Assembly: GCA_965219345.1 (NCBI GenBank)
Contig: OZ244732.1
Coordinates: forward strand, 672,001-736,000
Source: Nitrosopumilus sp.
GTDB taxonomy: Archaea; Thermoproteota; Nitrososphaeria; Nitrososphaerales; Nitrosopumilaceae
DNA length: 64,000 bases
Direction of reading: 5' to 3'
Part shown: positions 19,751-28,467 of the stretch, in pieces
How positions within the stretch are numbered: position 1 is the stretch's first letter
Layout: each line of letters begins with the position of its first letter
Position numbers and translations under genes: made by a program
Notes under the pieces: generated by a model
Seen by the model: only the letters and a program-made list of their open reading frames with translations
The model's database searches: none
What the model was told of the DNA's origin: nothing

Positions 19751-20656
19751 ATGAACAAACAGACTAAACTTGCAATAATGGCAATAGTTGTAGTAATTCC
19801 ATTAAGTTCTGTTGCTGTATATGGAACTGACTCGAATCAGCAATTTAGAACAACTGACAGCTCAAAACTACAAGTTATCTCATCATTTTATACGCTTCAT
19901 GAATTTTCACAAAATATTGGACAAGAAAAAGTAGATGCTACTTTACTTGTTCCAATTGGAGTTGAACCTCATGATTGGGGACCAACTATTAAAGATGTAC
20001 AAAGAATGCAAAAGTCTGATCTAATAATTATCAATGGAATTGGTTTTGAAAATTGGGTTGATAGTTTAGATGAAACTGATTACCAAGGAGTGATTATTGA
20101 CACCAGTAATGGAATTTTAGTTAAGAATTTTGGTCAAGACCATGTGACCCCTTCTGGAGATCCACACATTTGGTTGAATCCTGTTTATGCAAAAATACAA
20201 GTACAAAACATTGCCAATGCTTTTTCTAATTCAGATCCTGATAATCAACAATATTATCAGTCCAACGCAGCAAAGTACATTGAACAGTTAGATTTACTTG
20301 ATTTAAAAATTCGTAATAAATTATCTAAATGCACTCATGATTTTGTAGCTTTTCATGATGCATTTTCATATTTTGCAGATGAATATAATCTAAATCAACA
20401 TACAATTATTTCATCAAATTCCCCTCATGGAGAAGCAACGGCAAAAACATTAGAAGAAGTAATTTCTACATCCAGAGAATTAAATATTAAAGTAATTTTT
20501 AGTGAAGAGAATGTTAATACTAGAACATCTGAAATAATTGCAAATGAAATAGATGGCAAAGTCTTAGTTTTATCTACATTGGAAATTTTTTCTGATGGAA
20601 CATACATTTCTAAAATGACTGAAAATCTTAACAATCTAGAAGAGGCATTATGTTGA
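19751..20656 (+). CDS. Zn/Mn-type ABC transporter substrate-binding protein (ZnuA/TroA family)
   Basis: EPHDW, DPHIWL, FHDAFSYF. Confidence 0.92.
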   Translation: MNKQTKLAIMAIVVVIPLSSVAVYGTDSNQQFRTTDSSKLQVISSFYTLHEFSQNIGQEKVDATLLVPIGVEPHDWGPTIKDVQRMQKSDLIIINGIGFENWVDSLDETDYQGVIIDTSNGILVKNFGQDHVTPSGDPHIWLNPVYAKIQVQNIANAFSNSDPDNQQYYQSNAAKYIEQLDLLDLKIRNKLSKCTHDFVAFHDAFSYFADEYNLNQHTIISSNSPHGEATAKTLEEVISTSRELNIKVIFSEENVNTRTSEIIANEIDGKVLVLSTLEIFSDGTYISKMTENLNNLEEALC

Positions 20657-21372
20657 AAGTAGTTGAAATTAACAATCTCACGGTTCAATATCCCGATGTT
20701 AAAGCTCTTGACGATGTGAGTTTTGTGATCAACCAAGGAGATTTTCTAGGCATAATTGGGCCTAACGGTGCAGGCAAATCCACACTTTTTTCTTCAATGC
20801 TAGGACTTTACACAAAGTACAAAGGAACTATCAAATTTTTTGGTAAGGATATTACAAAATCAAAAAATTATCTTAAAGAAATTGGATATGTACCACAAAA
20901 ACCAATCTTTGAAAAAAATTTTCCAGTCACAGTTAATGATGTTGTAAGAATGGGATTGAGAAATGAATCTGATGAAGATAAAATTGATGAGATTTTACAG
21001 CAATTATGGATTCATGAACTAAGCAACAGAAGAATTGGTGAATTATCTGGAGGACAGCAACAACGAGTCTTTATTGCAAAAGCTTTGGTAAATAACCCAA
21101 AAATTCTGATTCTAGATGAACCTGTAATAGGAATTGATCAACAAAGTATCGAATTGTTCTATAGTATTCTCCGTGAATTAAACTCTAAACAAAAAATTAC
21201 TATTATCTGGTCTTCTCATGATTTAGATGCAGTTAATCAACTAGCAAATCATGTAGCGTGTCTAAATAGAACATTATTTTTTCATGGCGAGTCTGAAAAA
21301 TTCTTTTCTGATGATGAACTGATTAAACAATATTCTGAGGCTTCGATGCAAGAACATATGCATCATCATTAG
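20650..21372 (+). CDS. Metal ABC transporter ATPase (ZnuC-like)
   Basis: GPNGAGKST, IGYVPQ, LSGGQQQR, LDEP; His-rich tail. Confidence 0.93.
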   Translation: MLKVVEINNLTVQYPDVKALDDVSFVINQGDFLGIIGPNGAGKSTLFSSMLGLYTKYKGTIKFFGKDITKSKNYLKEIGYVPQKPIFEKNFPVTVNDVVRMGLRNESDEDKIDEILQQLWIHELSNRRIGELSGGQQQRVFIAKALVNNPKILILDEPVIGIDQQSIELFYSILRELNSKQKITIIWSSHDLDAVNQLANHVACLNRTLFFHGESEKFFSDDELIKQYSEASMQEHMHHH

Positions 21373-21374
21373 TT

Positions 21375-22193
21375 ATGTCTCTGGAAATCCTAACTTACAG
21401 TTTTATGCATAGAGCATTAATTTCTGGAATTGCAATTGCAATTCTTTGTTCAGTTGTTGGTTTGTTTTTGGTTTTGAGACGTTATTCATTATTTGGTGAT
21501 GCAATTGCACATTCATCATTTGGTGGAATTGCATTAGGTTTGTTAGCTGGTGTCTATCCATTATGGACTGCTTATGGTGTTTCAATAGTTAGTGCACTTA
21601 TCATTACAAGAATCAAAGACAGATACAACATATCCGGTGATGCATCTATTGCAGTACTTTTATCATCAGGAATAGCAGTTGGGCTTGTAATTATCGGACT
21701 CTCAGGAGGTTTTACAATTGATATCTTTAGTTTTCTATTTGGAAGTATTCTTCTTGTTAGTGTAGATGATACTTTACTTATCTTATCATTAACTGGAGTA
21801 ATCCTAATTGTAATTTTATTACTATACAGACAAATTCTTTATTCTACATTTAATGAAGAGCAAGCAAAAGTTAGTGGAATTCCTGTGGAAAAAATGAACT
21901 ATTTGATTGTGTTCATGGCTGGAATGACTGTAGTTACATCAATTCAACTTGTAGGTGTTTTGCTAATTTCAGCTTTGTTTGTGATTCCTAATGTGACTGC
22001 AATTATGTATGGTAAAGGTTTCAAACAAACGGCTATAATTTCAATGAGTTTTTCTGTCTTCTCTGTGGTAATAGGAATTCTAATTTCTTATGTTTTTGAT
22101 ATTACTCCTGCAGGAACTATAGTTTTGCTGTCGATTGGTCTGCTTGCAGGAACTATGGTAATAAAATCCGCTAGATTATTATCTAAGAATTAA
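21375..22193 (+). CDS. Metal ABC transporter permease (ZnuB-like)
   Basis: GDAIAH, FLFGSIL, VGVLLISAL. Confidence 0.93.
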   Translation: MSLEILTYSFMHRALISGIAIAILCSVVGLFLVLRRYSLFGDAIAHSSFGGIALGLLAGVYPLWTAYGVSIVSALIITRIKDRYNISGDASIAVLLSSGIAVGLVIIGLSGGFTIDIFSFLFGSILLVSVDDTLLILSLTGVILIVILLLYRQILYSTFNEEQAKVSGIPVEKMNYLIVFMAGMTVVTSIQLVGVLLISALFVIPNVTAIMYGKGFKQTAIISMSFSVFSVVIGILISYVFDITPAGTIVLLSIGLLAGTMVIKSARLLSKN

Positions 22194-24963
22194 TCAAAGA
22201 ATTTAATCTTCTTTTATCTTGTATGCTTTTTACATAGAACAATGATGTTGCAATTATTCCCAATGCTATTAGAGGTGATGCTAATTCTGTATATTTTATT
22301 TCATAATCATTTGTTGTTTGTATTTGTGATGCAATGATGGGAATCTCTGTAATCTTTACTGTTCCAATTTTGTTTGATTGCCATTCAACAAACCATACAT
22401 TGTCATTCCCATCTGATGTCATGAATTGAACAAATGATGAATTAGATGGGACTGGGATTTCTATCATATTATTGTTGTCTGGATCATATACTCCAAGATT
22501 ATCTGTTGTGTGTTGTGCAAACCAAATGTTTCCATATTTATCAAATGTCATTCCAAATGGCAAAGCTTTGTAGTGTGGAACAGAAATTTTCTCAAATGTC
22601 CCTAAAACTGGATTGAATTTGGTGATAGCCGAGCCTGCATGCTCTGCAATCCAGAGATTTCCATCACTATCAAAGAGTAATGCTTCTGGACCTTGTAGAA
22701 CTGTTTCAGTTGAAATTTGAGTTAATTCATTATCATTTGGATTAATGAATCCTATCTTGCCTGAATTAGTTGCAGTATACCAAATCCTTCCATCTGCATC
22801 AATTGCTAAAGCAAATGGTAATGATTCTGTTTCTAGTCTGATTTCTTCAAACACATCAAGTTCTGGTACATATTTTACAATTCTATCTTTGTTAATTATT
22901 GTAATCCAAATATTTCCATCAAAGTCGGCTTGAATGCCAAGTGGAGAGTTTTGTGAAATCACTGGATCTAATTCAGGAATTGTTTTTAATGTAATTTCTT
23001 TACTTTCAAGATCAATGAAACCAATCTGGTTTCTTGGAGTATCAATAAACCAAATCTTTCCTTTATTGTCTTGTGTTAGAAATGTTGTAGTAAGTCCATC
23101 AAATGAATACGAAGAAAATTCTTGTGTATCAAGTGCAAATTGCCATAATCGTGGAGCCGATGCATCACTTATCCAGATAGAATTCTTTCCATCATACAAT
23201 GGGAAAAGAGGTTTTGCATCTTCTGGTAATTCATACTCAATTACTTGGGCTTGAATGTCTGTTAGTCTAGGTTTTACGAGTAAATTCAACAATTTTGACT
23301 CATTTGCATTTTCAGTTCTTTGAGCTTCAATCTCTATTAGCCACTCTCCAGAAAATCCAAATGTTAATTCTCCTTGGAACTCGGTTGGTTTGTCCTCTTC
23401 TTGTTTGATCATTTCCATAGGAACTTCAATTGGTGAAATATTTTTTGATGGATTTGATATCTTTACTTTAACCTGGTTTGAATCATAGAGAGGTTTTCCC
23501 TCAAAGTCACTTACTCTAACTAGAATTGTGTTTGTTCCACTAGAAAATGGCAAAATATCAATAACAAATTTTGTATTTTCTGTAAATTCTAGAGTCTTAA
23601 AACCATAAACAATCTCTTGAGCATCAACTTTCTGAATTTCACCTGCTGGTAATGTTCCATTAGTTAGTAATGCAACTACTCCCAGAATAATAATTCCTAG
23701 TGCGGCATCAACTTTGAGTGATCTCTTTAGTTTTTTATGAACAGAAATTTTTCCTGATGAAAAATCCTTTTCAGCATTTTTTTGAACTTTAAACTGGAAA
23801 AATCCCCCTAAACCAATCATGGTTGCTGCAATTGAAATTTTTAAAATAATTAATTGACCATAAATTGATTCAGTAATTAACCCTACATCGTTTTCTAAGA
23901 ACCACATTAGTGCTGGTCCTGTAATTATTACAACTCCTATTGAAATGATAAATGCTATTGAGAATCTTGGAATCAGAACTAGACTCATCTTTTCTCGATT
24001 TCTTTCTTTTAGCTGAGAAAATGTTGGAAGTAATGTGAAAACAAAATAGAAAATACCTCCTATCCAAACTGCTGCAACCAAATTATGTATGTAATCTAAA
24101 ACAAGTGCTGGTGTTTCTCCACTGGCTGCACCGTGTCCAATCAGGCTTGTAGTTGTAATTAATACCAATGATGCAACAAGCATCGGAATCTGATTCTTCT
24201 TTGATAGTATTTTTCTTCTATACATTCCAAACCAAATACCAAGCAGAATTATTGTGATAATCATTCTTGCAAGCCAAACTGTTCCAAAGTAGGTTTGAAT
24301 TACATCAATTGGCGAAGTTTCTAACCTGATTGTTTGAATTGTAATCATCAGAATATCTGATATGAAGACAAGCATCAATCCTATTCCCGTAATTGACATG
24401 AATTTTCCATGATGAAATGATTCTATCTTGTCTAATTCTTCTCTGATTAGATGTTTATTCTGTGTTCCCCAAATTATCAGAGATGCAATTACGGCTCCTA
24501 AAACTATAGTTTGACCTACAAGCCCAGGAAATCTAGCTCCTGCTTCAGGTAAAAATGGAAGTCCTGATGGTCTTTCTAATTCTAACATAGAAGGATCAAT
24601 TACAACATCTCCTACTGCAAACAGAAATGCATCTGGAACAAGATGTCCATCAACTTTAGAGAGAACTTTGGTTGATACAGTGTATACTCCATCTTCTAGT
24701 GGAGGAGTTGTAACAATAAGAGATAACTCTCCATCATAGTAACTAGTGTCTTTACTATCTATTTGATTTCCATTAGTATCAAATACCTTAATTTCACTAA
24801 AGTCTATATCAACTGGTTCTGAAAAAAACACAATTACTTCCGTAGCACCAGTAAGTGCATTAGATGTTAAGCTGGGAATAGTTTCTTCTGTAAATGGATG
24901 TGCTGCTGCAAATGGAATGGATATTGATGATAAAATTAGTAAAACAATCAGAAACTTTCTCAT
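22183..24963 (-). CDS. CopC-CopD fusion with C-terminal Vgb-like beta-propeller
   Basis: Mature His1, SKVDGH (CopC); GHGA, IHNLVAAVWIGG (CopD); repeated DxxGNIW blades; C-terminal TM. Confidence 0.88.
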   Translation of the reverse strand: MRKFLIVLLILSSISIPFAAAHPFTEETIPSLTSNALTGATEVIVFFSEPVDIDFSEIKVFDTNGNQIDSKDTSYYDGELSLIVTTPPLEDGVYTVSTKVLSKVDGHLVPDAFLFAVGDVVIDPSMLELERPSGLPFLPEAGARFPGLVGQTIVLGAVIASLIIWGTQNKHLIREELDKIESFHHGKFMSITGIGLMLVFISDILMITIQTIRLETSPIDVIQTYFGTVWLARMIITIILLGIWFGMYRRKILSKKNQIPMLVASLVLITTTSLIGHGAASGETPALVLDYIHNLVAAVWIGGIFYFVFTLLPTFSQLKERNREKMSLVLIPRFSIAFIISIGVVIITGPALMWFLENDVGLITESIYGQLIILKISIAATMIGLGGFFQFKVQKNAEKDFSSGKISVHKKLKRSLKVDAALGIIILGVVALLTNGTLPAGEIQKVDAQEIVYGFKTLEFTENTKFVIDILPFSSGTNTILVRVSDFEGKPLYDSNQVKVKISNPSKNISPIEVPMEMIKQEEDKPTEFQGELTFGFSGEWLIEIEAQRTENANESKLLNLLVKPRLTDIQAQVIEYELPEDAKPLFPLYDGKNSIWISDASAPRLWQFALDTQEFSSYSFDGLTTTFLTQDNKGKIWFIDTPRNQIGFIDLESKEITLKTIPELDPVISQNSPLGIQADFDGNIWITIINKDRIVKYVPELDVFEEIRLETESLPFALAIDADGRIWYTATNSGKIGFINPNDNELTQISTETVLQGPEALLFDSDGNLWIAEHAGSAITKFNPVLGTFEKISVPHYKALPFGMTFDKYGNIWFAQHTTDNLGVYDPDNNNMIEIPVPSNSSFVQFMTSDGNDNVWFVEWQSNKIGTVKITEIPIIASQIQTTNDYEIKYTELASPLIALGIIATSLFYVKSIQDKRRLNSLINS

Positions 24964-25056
24964 TTAATCTTCAGATCATCATTCATAATTTAAACAGTTT
25001 TCATATGCTCGGAATTTGTACCAATTCACGTAAAGATAATAACATGTAATCATTCT

Positions 25057-25695
25057 ATGTTAGTCGTGAAGATTGTAATTTTTGGCTTTATTGCATTATT
25101 GTTTTCCATTGGTATGATTGTACCATCTTTTGCACATACTACGGAAGAAGTTGGAGAATACAAAATTGAAGTAGGTTGGGGAATTGAACCGCCTGTTGTG
25201 GGAATTCGAAATGATATTGTCTTTAAAATTACTGAATCTGGAGAAAATGAAGGAACATACAAAGGCGTTACTAATGTCTTCAAAAATTTAGAGGCTACAG
25301 TCATGTATGGTGGTGCCACCAAAAAAATTGATATTAATTCAGATCCAAGACCAGGTTACTATTTTTCCTCTATAATTCCCACTAAAACTGGCAGTTACGT
25401 TATTGAACTAAAAGGAGAAATTGGTGGAACTCTTGTTGATGTACAGATTCCTATTGAAGATGTAGAAAGTACATCTGTTTTGGATTTTCCTCCTAAAAAC
25501 AGTGGAGGACCAACAGATCTTATTGCACTAAAAAATGCAATTTCATCGATACAACAAGATGTTTCAAAACTAAAATCTGGTGAAACTTTTGTATCATCTA
25601 ATGATGGAGAAGCATATGACTTCGCAATATTTGGATTATCAATTGCAGCAGCAGCTATTATTTTAGCCATAATTGCTTTAGTAAAAAGAAAATAG
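25057..25695 (+). CDS. Secreted, C-terminally anchored hypothetical protein
   Basis: Signal peptide ending SFA|H; VGWGIEPP; C-terminal TM + KRK. Confidence 0.75.
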   Translation: MLVVKIVIFGFIALLFSIGMIVPSFAHTTEEVGEYKIEVGWGIEPPVVGIRNDIVFKITESGENEGTYKGVTNVFKNLEATVMYGGATKKIDINSDPRPGYYFSSIIPTKTGSYVIELKGEIGGTLVDVQIPIEDVESTSVLDFPPKNSGGPTDLIALKNAISSIQQDVSKLKSGETFVSSNDGEAYDFAIFGLSIAAAAIILAIIALVKRK

Positions 25696-25708
25696 AAAAG
25701 AGGAATTC

Positions 25709-26521
25709 CTAAAATCTTGGAACGACTCTAGATTTTGCAGTTACTGCTATGATGCTTATGATTGCAACAGCTAGTATCATCATTGCAATTGTACCAAATT
25801 CTGGGACAACTTGCTTCTCTGCTACCATACCTGTTGGTCCAGTCCAATCTTGATCATCTCCCGGAGGGCCAATACCTAAAGAAACTATCTCGATATCTAT
25901 TGGACTTTCATCAGATCCAATAACACCTATCATGTGACTTGCACCAGTCATTTCCATGGCGTGTGCAGCTTCTTTCAAGATTTGTTCACCGTTTTGCATT
26001 GCAGTAATTTCATAGTTGACGTGCATTGTGCTGAATTCAAGATTAACTTGAGTTCCACCTTCTACAACTGAGTCGGTAATTGTTACCATTAACTCTTCTT
26101 CTGCAGCTTCTGCTTCTTGTACTATGATTGTACCCTGCATCCAAACATGTATTAGACAATAGTAAGGATATTCACCTGTAGCATCTGGACTCCAATCAAA
26201 TGATTCATCTGCTTTTAGTAAACCAGAATCAAATGTACCATCTGAACTAGCAACAAAACCATCAACGGTTCCTGATGTGTATGTGTGTAGTACAGTAGTG
26301 TCGGTGTTTGTCATTGTTACAACACCACCAACATCAACTGTTGCAGTACTTGGGGTATAGCATTCATCTGTTTCCTCACATCCCGGAACACCTAGTGGAA
26401 CTGTTGATCCTGTTGCGATTGAAACTTCTGAATGATCCGCAAAAGCAGCTGGGGTTGTTGCACCTATTCCAGCTACGATAGCAAATAGTACGAAGAAAGA
26501 GCAAATTGCTTTAGTCTTCAT
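25709..26521 (-). CDS. Blue copper (cupredoxin) protein with PEFG-CTERM
   Basis: Type-1 Cu ligands HTYT and YYCLIHVWM; C-terminal VPEFG + TM; start MKTK at 26521. Confidence 0.9.
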   Translation of the reverse strand: MKTKAICSFFVLFAIVAGIGATTPAAFADHSEVSIATGSTVPLGVPGCEETDECYTPSTATVDVGGVVTMTNTDTTVLHTYTSGTVDGFVASSDGTFDSGLLKADESFDWSPDATGEYPYYCLIHVWMQGTIIVQEAEAAEEELMVTITDSVVEGGTQVNLEFSTMHVNYEITAMQNGEQILKEAAHAMEMTGASHMIGVIGSDESPIDIEIVSLGIGPPGDDQDWTGPTGMVAEKQVVPEFGTIAMMILAVAIISIIAVTAKSRVVPRF

Positions 26522-26952
26522 AGATTGATTACTTGTATTGATACATAAAAACCTCACTAGAGCTCTGGAATTAGTATTAATTTTTTCTAAATTGGTACAA
26601 CTTTAGAACTCCAAATGCAGGAATTCCGGCATACATTCCAATATTTAGTAGAATTAGAGATATTCCGTATCCTAACATCTCTTGTTCTGAATCAATGTCA
26701 ACATAATTCAGTAAAGACAATGACGATAACATTGGAGTTAGTGTTACTTTCACAACTTCTTTGAAAATTGGTCGCTCTCTTTCCAAATCAGCAATCATTG
26801 GTGAAAATGAATAATAGAATTGATTAAATCCAGCCATAAATGCAGTTCCGGATTCCGTTGATAAAATAGTATTATCTCTAAGTTCTCTTAATTGTTGTAC
26901 CTGTGGTGCCATCTCTGAACCAAATGTTGCAGTTGCAATAAGACAGCCACCA
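26439..26952. repeat. Direct repeat copy 1 (~515 bp): signal peptide + promoter + CFI-box CTERM
   Basis: 26439-26521 = 27406-27488 (83 bp identical); 26528-26552 = 27496-27520 (25 bp identical); 26576-26952 vs 27545-27921 (377 bp, 3 mismatches by eye). Confidence 0.92.
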
Positions 26953-27488
26953 CCTTCCTCTTCCATCATAACTTCCTCCTCCTCTTCCATCATAACTTCC
27001 GCATCCTCTTCCATCATAACTTCCTCCTCCTCTTCCATCATAACTTCCTCCTCCTCTTCCATCATAACTTCCGCATCCTCTTCCATCATAACTTCTTCAG
27101 CTACTGCTTCTTGTACTATGATCAAACCTTGCATCCAAGGATGAACCATACAGAAATAATCAAACTCACCTGCAGTGTCTGCAGTGTATTCATAAGAAGC
27201 ATCTACTGCTAAGAAACCAGAATCAAATACCTCACTTGGACCATCACTTGGATTTCCTGCTGTAAATGTGTGTGCTGCACTATCTGTGTTTGAGAATATT
27301 ATAACTTCGCCAACATTAACTGTTGCAGTATTTGGAATCCAACATCCATCCACTTCTTCACATCCTAGTACAGCAGAACCTGCTGCTGGTACAATTGTGA
27401 CTTCTGCAAAAGCAGCTGGGGTTGTTGCACCTATTCCAGCTACGATAGCAAATAGTACGAAGAAAGAGCAAATTGCTTTAGTCTTCAT
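26577..27488 (-). CDS. Cupredoxin with Met/Glu-rich repeat linker and CFI-box-CTERM
   Basis: AHTFT and YFCMVHPWM; six EVMMEE repeats; GGGCLIATATFGS...LRELRD...YYSFSP. Confidence 0.9.
   Translation of the reverse strand: MKTKAICSFFVLFAIVAGIGATTPAAFAEVTIVPAAGSAVLGCEEVDGCWIPNTATVNVGEVIIFSNTDSAAHTFTAGNPSDGPSEVFDSGFLAVDASYEYTADTAGEFDYFCMVHPWMQGLIIVQEAVAEEVMMEEDAEVMMEEEEEVMMEEEEEVMMEEDAEVMMEEEEEVMMEEEGGGCLIATATFGSEMAPQVQQLRELRDNTILSTESGTAFMAGFNQFYYSFSPMIADLERERPIFKEVVKVTLTPMLSSLSLLNYVDIDSEQEMLGYGISLILLNIGMYAGIPAFGVLKLYQFRKN
26957..27095. repeat. 24-bp coding tandem repeat, 6 copies
   Basis: TTCCATCATAACTTC core at 26961, 26985, 27009, 27033, 27057, 27081. Confidence 0.95.
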
Positions 27489-27921
27489 TGTACAAATTAC
27501 TTGTATTGATACATAAAAACTTCACTGGAATTCCCAGAAATGGAATTAATTTTTTCTAAATTGGTACAACTTTAGAACTCCAAATGCAGGAATTCCGGCA
27601 TACATTCCAATATTTAGTAGAATTAGAGATATTCCGTATCCTAACATCTCTTGTTCTGAATCAATGTCAACATAATTCAGTAAAGACAATGATGATAACA
27701 TTGGAGTTAGTGTTACTTTCACAACTTCTTTGAAAATTGGTTGCTCTCTTTCCAAATCAGCAATCATTGGTGAAAATGAATAATAGAATTGATTAAATCC
27801 AGCCATAAATGCAGTTCCGGATTCCGTTGATAAAATAGTATTATCTCTAAGTTCTCTTAATTGTTGTACCTGTGGTGCTATCTCTGAACCAAATGTTGCA
27901 GTTGCAATAAGACAGCCACCA
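27406..27921. repeat. Direct repeat copy 2 (~515 bp)
   Basis: Partner of 26439-26952, offset 967-969 bp. Confidence 0.92.
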
Positions 27922-28358
27922 TTTTCTCCGTTGTCAGGTGTTTCAATAGGTTGTGCATGAGCATCACCTACTATAATGTCAAAAGAAACTGTTTCTGGTG
28001 GAATTGGAGTAAATAAAATTCCTTCAACTTCAATATCTGTTGAATACACTCCTTCATCCGGAAACTCAATGGGAATATTTCCAAATCCTTCTGATGTATG
28101 CACAAATGGTTCAGGAGTAGTAAATATTATCTCTTTACTTTCATTTGAAATTTTAAGTGTATAATCAATATGTACTTGAGTCTTTTTTAATACAGGGTTG
28201 ATAAATTCTATTAATACTTTATTTAATTCACCTGGGATAATTTCGTCATAAGATATTTTCACATCTAATGCTCCTGCATCTGTTGGTAAAGTTTGGGATT
28301 CAGCATATGCTGGAATTATTAAAAGTGGAATGAATAACAATACAAATAGAAATTTCAT
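27546..28358 (-). CDS. Secreted protein with CFI-box-CTERM
   Basis: Signal peptide; HIDY and HTSEG motifs; GGCLIATATFGS C-terminal domain + TM. Confidence 0.85.
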   Translation of the reverse strand: MKFLFVLLFIPLLIIPAYAESQTLPTDAGALDVKISYDEIIPGELNKVLIEFINPVLKKTQVHIDYTLKISNESKEIIFTTPEPFVHTSEGFGNIPIEFPDEGVYSTDIEVEGILFTPIPPETVSFDIIVGDAHAQPIETPDNGENGGCLIATATFGSEIAPQVQQLRELRDNTILSTESGTAFMAGFNQFYYSFSPMIADLEREQPIFKEVVKVTLTPMLSSLSLLNYVDIDSEQEMLGYGISLILLNIGMYAGIPAFGVLKLYQFRKN

Positions 28359-28467
28359 AATTCATGTTTTGGTATGATAAATAAAAATTGTCCTTTATTT
28401 TTCTAAAAAGAATTATCACGCATAGAAATTCTGTACCAGCTTTAAATATGGAATTAACATAATTTTA

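Noticed and set aside
26957-27095. Regularly spaced repeats as a CRISPR array (Cas4-like gene in the window)
   Set aside because: Units are contiguous 24-mers with no unique spacers and are in-frame coding sequence
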